A stretch of DNA of 64,000 bases from Chrysomallon squamiferum (taxonomy: Eukaryota > Animalia > Mollusca), in NCBI GenBank assembly GCA_012295275.1, contig CM022670.1, positions 23,312,001 through 23,376,000 of the forward strand, written 5' to 3'. Position 1 is the first letter of the stretch. Each line of letters begins with the position of its first letter. Shown piece by piece: positions 55,721 to 64,000 of this stretch. Position numbers and translations under genes: made by a program. A model generated the notes under the pieces. The model was not told the origin of the DNA, ran no database searches, and saw nothing but the letters and a program-made list of their open reading frames with translations.

Positions 55721-57047
55721 TTTGTAAAGAAAACATTTGTGTTCGATTCTAAACGTTTTCGCGGATTAATGAAATCGCCATCTACTTAACTTCTGATATT
55801 TTCCATTAAGACTTTCTGTTTAATCGCGAAAATAATGACTTGGTTAAAAGCGGTCTAAAGTAAAAAAAAAAAAAAAAAACTTTTACTTTAATGAACAAAT
55901 CAGTTTTTGATAGATTACGCAATATTAAAAAGTCACGGTGGTGTGCATTGTGGAATAAGCTTTTTGGATAATGAATTGACTTTTTATTTTTTAAATTGTT
56001 TTCTCCAGCAATTTAAAAAAAAAAAAAAAAAGAAAGAAATAAAAAGAAAAAAAAAAAGGAGAAAATAAACATGAATATGATCCAAGACAATATTACTGAT
56101 TTTTTTTATCTATTTTCTTTTATACAGTACATAGATGTCATCATGAGCATCCACATCGTTATTATTATTATTATTATTATTACCAAATACTGAAGTTTTC
56201 ATACAGCTTTAAATGATCTATACAATTATCAAGTTTCCTGTCCAAGTTGTATTTTATGTTTAAACTTAATAATGTTATGTATAAGTTTAACATAATCTCA
56301 GTTCTGAATAATAACATCGAACAAATAATAAGAAGAAGATGAGGAACAAATATAAATTATTCACTTTCCTAACTAAACTGAGATTATTAAATTAAGTCTT
56401 AATTTCAGAAGATCTGTTTGCACTCTTGTAGTTAAAATCAAGCCAGACGGTTATTTCAATAACAGCGTAACGACTGCCTTGTGACTTGTCGAGATTTCTT
56501 AAACTTATAAAAGTAGCAAGCGAATAAAGCACTCTTGATCATAAATAACATTAGAGAAAACTCCATTATTTTCCTTTTTTGTTCATAAATCGGATTTCGG
56601 AGCAAAAAAAAATGTACAATAAACATGTTTTATGTAATTATAATTAAGCGAGCTGTATGTAAATTGCACTCCATTAGCAGAAGACGATTAATATAATGTC
56701 CAAAATAAAAAAAAACAGACGAAAAGTATCGATAACCACATTCGATTTATGTATTTCAACGTCGACCAAAACACACGATGAGGTCACACGCCAAACAACG
56801 CCCAGACCTCGGTGTATTGATTCCTTACATCTGAAGTATCAACAAAGAAGTCTTGATGAATGGCATTCAAAAACTTGCTGATAATTCTTTCTAACTCCGT
56901 ACTTTCAATGCGTTCTTTTCGTGTATTCAGCTCGCTTTCATCCAAGCGGAAAAAAGCTGGAATTTGAAAAAATTGATCTCTGGTTATGCGGTACGTATTC
57001 CTTCAGTCGGAAATATTAAATGCAGTTAGATGTAATAGTTACCTGTG

Positions 57048-57200
57048 TATTGTTGTTGTTGTTGTTACTGATATTATTATTATTATTATTATTATTATCA
57101 TCATCATCATCATTATTAGTATTATTATTATCATCATCATCATTATTAGTATTATTATTATTATCATCGTTATCATTATTATTATTACTATTATTATTAG
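57048..57200. repeat. Compound (GTT)/(ATT)/(ATC) array containing a duplicated ~30-bp block
   Basis: Directly visible; attattatcatcatcatcattattagt-type unit occurs twice. Confidence 0.9.
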
Positions 57201-58684
57201 AATAATCACTGAATCATTTTCTTTAACCTTCTGTTGCTTAATGCATTTGTAATTATAAAACTGCAGCATCTTTTCAACACAGAGATGAAAAGGCAGTTGT
57301 GACCAGAAATAAAATAATTCCAAGAAATCGTAAGATAAGGGGATGGGCCTGAACATTATATTAATAAATCTATTTTATTTTTTCACACCTCCTTTACATA
57401 ACTGAATTGTTCGCTTGGGTTGTGTTCCTCGAACTGGGTACTTTAATATTGATTTTCAGGTGTATTTTTGAACTAGTGCTTGCAATAGTTGAGCTCTCTG
57501 TTGTATTTCATCATAATTACTCTTATTTATTGCTTTGTGTTATATAGTATTGCATTGTGTCGTATATAGAATCAAAAGATATTGTAATTTCCAAAGCCGT
57601 CACCGTTGGGATATTACCAACAGAATAATAAGAGGAATATAACATGTTTTGGTCTAGGATGTTTTGACAAGTCTTTTCTTTTTTCAAAGGAGGATTTCAG
57701 ACATATAAATCAAAACAATCAACCTTTGTTTTTATTTTCCATATCTATCGAATTTCTTGTAATATAAATATTGAATTTTATATTGTATAGTAATGATTTA
57801 GATATAACTCTTAACTAATTTGAAATAAAAAAATAACTGTTTTCTTCTTTCTCTCTTTCGTTCATTCACTCACTTACTCTTTAAAAGAAAAATGAAAAAT
57901 CAGAAAAGTAAAAACAGCAATCACCAGCACTTCAATTTGTAAATAAGTAATAGAAAATAGAGCATTAATGTAATTAGAAAACCGTCGTCTTAAATTACAA
58001 CAAGAATGCATGCTGGGTCAAAAGAATTTTAAAGAAATGAGAACTGTTATTGGCCATTTCTTTCGAGAAGAAATGAGTTTCGCTATATACAACAGCAAAA
58101 GTAGTAATAACAATTAATAAAACAAACACAGGACAATGTAAAATACGTGGGTACACCATAAGAAGGGTCGTTTACGCAACCACTAGAATTATCTCAGTAC
58201 TTTTTCGTTCTTCTAAAAATCAGTTTCTTCATTGAACTCCCTTCTCCCTCGTGTTCACTGCGCTCGTTTCCTCTTTTAACTACACGCATCTGGAATAATC
58301 ATAGACATTGAGTTTGTAACGCGATTAGAGACCGGCCGGAAATAAGGCATGTTTTTATTTATTATCTACAGACACTTTTGTTTTCTTTCCGACAATTATC
58401 TACAAAATTATGGATACGAACTGATCCCGTTGCGGCTAATGCGCTTAATTTGCCAACTGCCTTCCAAGAGTTCGGTGGCTAAGCGGTCACGCATGTAGTT
58501 TCAAAATGACGCCAATAAAATCTTGTTATTTTAAACGATGCCAAATGGCATCAATCAGTTATTGAACAAAGATACCACCGCAGGGTGATCCTGTACAGAC
58601 ACTGCTCCTTTATACACATAATCTTATACAAACTGTAAACACAGCTTATGTTCGTACTGACCTTGTCGAAATTGTTATTTCAAG

Positions 58685-58711
58685 TATTGATTGTATTGTT
58701 ATTGATGTTGT

Positions 58712-58783
<72 letters not shown>

Positions 58784-58910
58784 TACTACTACTACAGCTA
58801 TTATTACTATTACTACTACACTAATATTATTACTATTATTATTATCATCCTCATCATCATCCTCATCATCATCATTGTTGTTGGTGGTGGTGGTGCTGTT
58901 GTTATTGTAT
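58685..58910. repeat. Compound (GTT)/(ATT)/(ACT)/(ATC)/(GGT) array
   Basis: Directly visible. Confidence 0.9.
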
Positions 58911-61900
58911 TGTTTCTTTTTGTTGATGGTTGTGTATTTAGCTGTTATTTATTTTGTTGATGTTTATTGTTTGTTGTGTTTGCTGATGTTGTTGGCATTA
59001 TCGTCGTCGTTGTGTTCTGGTCCTCACAGCGGTATTGCTATTGTCGTTGCTATAAACGAGGTACGAGTACTGATTATTTATTTATTTATTTTTCGATCAA
59101 GTATTACGCACTGTAAACAGCAGTAATTATTTTCTTATTAACCATTATACGTAATCTGAGATGAAACAACTTGTTTAATTAGTTTACATAAAAATAATCA
59201 AAAGAAAACGTTAGTTGCTTGCAAACATCAACTGTTTTAACAGACTTGTGTTATCAGCGTTAAACAAATAAATAATGTAAAATTAAATAATCAGTACTTA
59301 CTTCAAGAACTACATACACCCACACACACGTTTATAATAAATTATATCCTAACTATTCTTGAGCAGAAACATAAAACCCAGTGCGGTAATGAGGAAATCA
59401 TATGAAGTGTTCTTTTAATTAAGCACGTGTTTATCTTGGATTTAACTTGAAGATAATTTTATAACACAGCAGTCAGTCACTAGTGACTGTCAGGAATAAA
59501 ACATATGGAAGGAAAAAAAAATCATAATGTTACCAAATGTTTACTTTTATAACATGCAATTGCTATTAAGGTGCATTTACACTTTATTGCTAGTATAAAC
59601 GATCTGTGAAATGTTATTCTATCTTAACTGAACATTAATATGTCATAATGATTTACAAATATAAGAACGTGATGTAATAAATCATCCAAGCAGCTATTTC
59701 AAAAAATGAATATAACTGACGAAGGTTCGAGCACATGTGTCATGGGCTGGTAATCTTGGTTAGTTTCCAAAGCCAGTGTTCTCGGGTTTTTTTTTTTTTC
59801 ATTTTTGTTAAACTGAAAGGAAGGATATAGAGGTCTTACGCTTTCCAGACTTCGATCCCGGAGCTTTCCATCCTTAACAGGATGAATTGATTTCTCGAGT
59901 AACAAGGCTGCATGCGGCTGATAAATATAGATTTTAACACTCGTTAATAAGCACAGTTAGAATCACACTATACTCACAAACACACATGCGCGCTCGCATA
60001 CACGAACATTAACTTTGATTACGGCTGGCAGGTTATTTTATACCTGTGTTCCGTTCTTTCTTGTCTAAAATACATCTGCAGTCAGTATTCCATTGACGTC
60101 ATAAACCAGTCTTTGATTCATCTAGCTGATGAAAAAAAAAATATATATATAAAAATAATAATAATAATAATAACAACAACAACAACAGGAAGAAGATACG
60201 TAGGCAGGGACAGTAAAAATGCAATACGTTTTGTTCAAAGGTATTAATGCCCAGTAAACTAGGGTTAAGTCATCTTATGCATTGTATATCAGGACAGATT
60301 CTTCTAATTACTAATAGACTATTATTATTCATTGACTATCATTGTACTAAGACAATATGGATTAGTAGTCTTAAATATACGTTCGCGTTTTAATGATTGA
60401 ATGCAATAAATGTCTTTACAGCGGAATTTTCTGGTGGTTGTTAAGAACAGCCATTTTGGGTTGTTTTGATAAATAGAATTTCGGGGACACAATGAGTGAA
60501 ATAGATGAGCCTACTATACGACATATGATCAGTATGTATTATATGCTTTCCTCTATGGTAAGGTGCCAAGAAAAGATTCATATGATAAAAGTATTTTGTC
60601 ACTATAAATCCTATTATACTGATATACGCTGAGGCTTCACTCATTCAAAAAGAATAGTTTGCATCAGAAACGTCAAATAAATATTAATATATAATATACA
60701 TATATACATACATACATATATGTGTATGTATATGTATGTGTATATATATATATATATATTCATTACATATGTATATTTTTTTTATTATTTATTTATTGTT
60801 GTTTTTTTTGTTTGGGTTTTTTTGTTTGTTTTTTTGTATTGTTTTTTTTGTTGTTGTTTTTCTCAATTCTGCTTAATAGGTAAACTCGTATTTCAAAATT
60901 GCTTGTTTTCCTACCCTTTCTGTATCTTTTTTGTTTTATATTTGTTTTTCCTTTTTTTTTTTTTTTTTTTTCTTTCGTTCTTTCTTTTTGTCCCATTTAT
61001 TTCTTTACATCTTTATTTTTGTTTATTTGTTTAGTATAATTTCACTCTGTTGGTATAATTCAGTATTTTATTTCCTCATATAAATAAATAAATAAATATA
61101 TATATGCCAGATACATATCCCACCAGTTCTTCATAACACCTACAGATGTTGTCCATACAGCGCGGTATTTAACAACAGTCGTTAGAAAATTCTTTTACAG
61201 TAAACAGAAGTTTGCGTAGGGGTTTCAGTTCGCTTAAAAAGCGTAGAATTCTATTAAAAGAGATGTGTAGATCACCACATGATACAATTATTATCGTAAT
61301 GCAGGTCAAATGCAGTAAACGTAGATACTTTATCACGTTTATCTTATTAACCAGACAGCTTTAACACACAGAAGCCTTCTTGGATAAAGGCTTCATCTGA
61401 TATAGAACTAAATGCAAATAAAATTAATGATTGCTTTTTTACTGAAATTCTTTTTATGAGGTCTGGAAACGATCTTGCTGTGTGTATTCTGTCTACAGCG
61501 ACGTCTGAATAAATGTTACGTTAATATAGCTTTAATTATTTTTATTGCAGATACCTTTTTTTTTTCTCTCCTATTACTACTCGTTTAAATATTGCTGCTC
61601 CTATTATTACTATTGTTGTCGTTGTTGCTGTTGTTGCGCTATCTATACGTATATCTCTATCAGTCTATCTACAAGTCTGTCTGGATGTCTACGTACCCAT
61701 ATGTCTATATCTATATAACCGTCTGTCTGTCTATCTATCTGGGGTTTTTTTCTATCTGTATATTATATTTATTCCTTCACTTAACCCAAATTCTCTTTTA
61801 TACCTTATTTTATTCTGATTCTATTTTTTTTTTTTTTTTTTTTTTTTTTAATCCGGAAATAACTTCATTATTTTGAGATATATGGCAATTTCACTTGCAG

Positions 61901-62069
61901 AACTTCAGTTAGAGAAGAGAGAGTGTAAAAAATAAGTATATAAAAAAAAAAAAAAAAAAAAAAAATTTTTTCAATTAAAAAGATGGACTTCCGGTTAGGG
62001 TGGCGTAGAGTGTGGACGCGTTTCACATCGGCTCTCGCTTCGGAAAGGTTTTGTTGTAAACTAAGTATT

Positions 62070-62894
62070 ATGTCTTGGGCGGAAGAATCTGAAAATTACG
62101 AAGAAAAGATCAAAGATATGAATTTAAAAAAAGAAGGAATGAGAAAAAATGTTTTTAAAAAAGAATGCACTGTGATTGTAAATGTAGAAGATAACAAGAA
62201 AATTTCAGCAGGCGACATGATAGATTTTGTAAGTGGCCAGGTGGGTGATGTGATAAAAGCGTGCGTACCGAAAGAATCCGACTCTTATGAAATAACACTA
62301 GAAGATATTATACAAGCGAGAATGATTACGGAAATTGATGAAACAGAATTGAAAGGTGTAAAAATAAAGGCGAGAATTTTGAAATCTGAAACTGTAGTAG
62401 TTTCCTTTTTGCACTTGCCTGCCTACATTGAAGATGAAGAAATTGAAGAAAAATTGAAACAAATGGAAATAGAAATTTTATCACCAATTTATAGAAGGCT
62501 ATACAAAGGGACAAAAATTGCAGATGGAACAAGATATGTGAGAGTGAAATTTCCACCCGGAATAAAAAGTTTACCATACTCAATGAAATTTAAGACTTAT
62601 GAAGGAATAAAATATTTTCGTGTTTTACATGACAATCAAATAAAAGTCTGTTACAACTGTATGGCGGATAATCATTTGTTGAAAGACTGTCCAAATATAA
62701 GGTGTCATAACTGTAAACAAAAAGGACATTTTGCTAGAAACTGCCCGAACATATTTCTGTGTGAAAAGTGTGGAAACAAAGAGGATGAATGTGAGTGTTG
62801 GTCAGAGTATGACAGCGATGAACAAAAAAACAGTGACAGTGACAGTGATGGTATGGAATATAATGTAAAATCAAAGGAGAAAAAAAGAAATTGA
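62070..62894 (+). CDS. Tx1-type ORF1 (ZCCHC3-like nucleic-acid-binding protein); likely start MSWAEES; C-terminal tail continues to ~63200 through frameshifts
   Basis: VSFLHLPAYIEDEEI...ADGTRYVRVKF...SLPYS...YFRVLHDNQ core; two CX2CX4HX4C knuckles (CYNCMADNHLLKDC, CHNCKQKGHFARNC) plus CEKC...CEC. The track's ATG at 61983 straddles the element boundary. Confidence 0.88.
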   Translation: MSWAEESENYEEKIKDMNLKKEGMRKNVFKKECTVIVNVEDNKKISAGDMIDFVSGQVGDVIKACVPKESDSYEITLEDIIQARMITEIDETELKGVKIKARILKSETVVVSFLHLPAYIEDEEIEEKLKQMEIEILSPIYRRLYKGTKIADGTRYVRVKFPPGIKSLPYSMKFKTYEGIKYFRVLHDNQIKVCYNCMADNHLLKDCPNIRCHNCKQKGHFARNCPNIFLCEKCGNKEDECECWSEYDSDEQKNSDSDSDGMEYNVKSKEKKRN

Positions 62895-63243
62895 AGCAGA
62901 AAGTATCCAGAGGATAAATACAACAGAAATGGAAATCAACAAGGAACAACAAAAAATCAGAAAATGGAGAAAAACCAAGAAAATCCCCTGATAAAAACAC
63001 CAAAGTGAAAATTACTAACAAGGAAGCTGGAACCATCGAAGCAGAAAATAGTAAGCAGAGTAAAACAAAGCGTCGAACGAGATTGATCAAGCGTCCATCA
63101 GAAGAAAAAAACTGTGGAGCTTGGTAGAAAATAGAAAACAAAAAAAAGAGACAAGCAGCGACATGAAAAAGTGTGAGAGAAAGTGTTGCCAGGGTAATGA
63201 ATGAGTATGGGGGGATATAGACAAGATATAGAATATTTTAAAA

Positions 63244-64000
63244 ATGGGTAATAGTTCACTAATTTTTCTACTTCTAACTATGATCTTGTCTATAAATGTA
63301 AACGGACTGAGAGATATTGAGAAATTAAATTCAGTTTTTGCAACATTTAAAAGTAAACATGCAAATATTATTTTTCTACAGGAAACATTTTGGGATAATG
63401 ACTTCATTGAGAGATATAAACATTTATGGGAAGGAAATATATTTTATAATAATTGTCCAAATAAAAAAAAAAAGGGGTGTAGCAATACTGGTATCAAAAG
63501 AATGTCCTTATAAGTTTACATTTAATAGTTGACACTGAAGGCAGGATTTTAAAAATTAATACGAAAATAGATGAAGAAGAATACAGTTTTATAAATGTAT
63601 ATGCACCAAATAATATTGAAGAAAGAATTTTATTTTTTAAAGGATTATGTAAATTTGTGGATTTAAAAAATACAATAATGGCAGGAGATTTTAATGACAT
63701 TTTAGATCCTAATTTAGATTTGGGCATTAATAATAAAACTTTCAATATAAAAAAAGTAGTAATGAATTACAGTCAGTTATTTTTAATTATAATTTAGTTG
63801 ATATTTGGCACACAGAAATCCAGATAAAAGGCAATTTACTAGATCTCAAATAGTTGAAAACTATAAAACAGTCAAGAATTGATTTATTCTTAATTTCTAG
63901 AAATTTATTGCAGTTTATAAGTAATGTATACATATCCTATACCTCGGTTAGTGATCACAATTTTTATCACTTAAAATAGATTTTTCTCATGTAGAGAGAG
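63244..64000 (+). pseudogene. ORF2 N-terminal apurinic/apyrimidinic-like endonuclease domain, frameshifted
   Basis: APE motifs appear in order across frames: SINVNGL, IIFLQET, RGVAILV, INVYAPN, MAGDFN, LVDIW, SRIDLFL, VSDH. About six frameshifts. Confidence 0.92.

Larger units (their letters stand above)
61985..64000 (+). mobile_element. Tx1/L1-clade non-LTR retrotransposon, 5' end present, continues past the window
   Basis: Short GC-rich 5'UTR starting GGACTTCCGG, a gag-like ORF1 with CCHC knuckles, then an ORF2 APE endonuclease. Purine/A-rich sense strand. Confidence 0.93.

Noticed and set aside
59474-59489. Perfect 16-bp palindrome CAGTCACTAGTGACTG
   Set aside because: A few such palindromes are expected by chance in 64 kb, and there is no supporting context.
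60110-60132. TCTTTGATTCATCTAGCTGATGA resembles mature miR-9
   Set aside because: The seed is mismatched, there are two indels, and no complementary 3p arm follows (poly-A follows instead), so no precursor hairpin forms.
62326-63745. Minus-strand ORFs over the retrotransposon
   Set aside because: They are shadows of the A-rich sense ORF1/ORF2 with no independent motifs.

Overview
This is AT-rich, microsatellite-dense animal genomic DNA; an invertebrate, mollusc-like source is my inference from composition and gene family. It is not prokaryotic, and nearly all ORFs in the supplied track are artefacts of simple repeats. I spliced one + strand gene by hand: 13 GT-AG coding exons (30426-44478) join in frame into about 574 aa. 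The product is Cys-rich and extracellular, with four predicted beta-rich repeats and a GPI-type C-terminus, and from memory resembles the uncharacterised invertebrate LP06548p/PTHR22255 (DUF7042-DUF7045) family. Its signal-peptide exon was not located with certainty and may lie upstream of the window. The exon sizes and intron phases record an internal duplication of a 6-exon, 2-domain unit. A probable ~4.4 kb 3'UTR contains a decayed MITE. The window ends in the 5' part of a Tx1/L1-clade non-LTR retrotransposon: an intact CCHC-knuckle ORF1 core, then an APE endonuclease broken by frameshifts. No rRNA, tRNA or CRISPR was seen, and I found no evidence of a wholly new multi-gene system. The best leads are the orphan GPI-anchored protein, a dense E-box/D-box/CRE module and a roughly kilobase-scale compositional rhythm.
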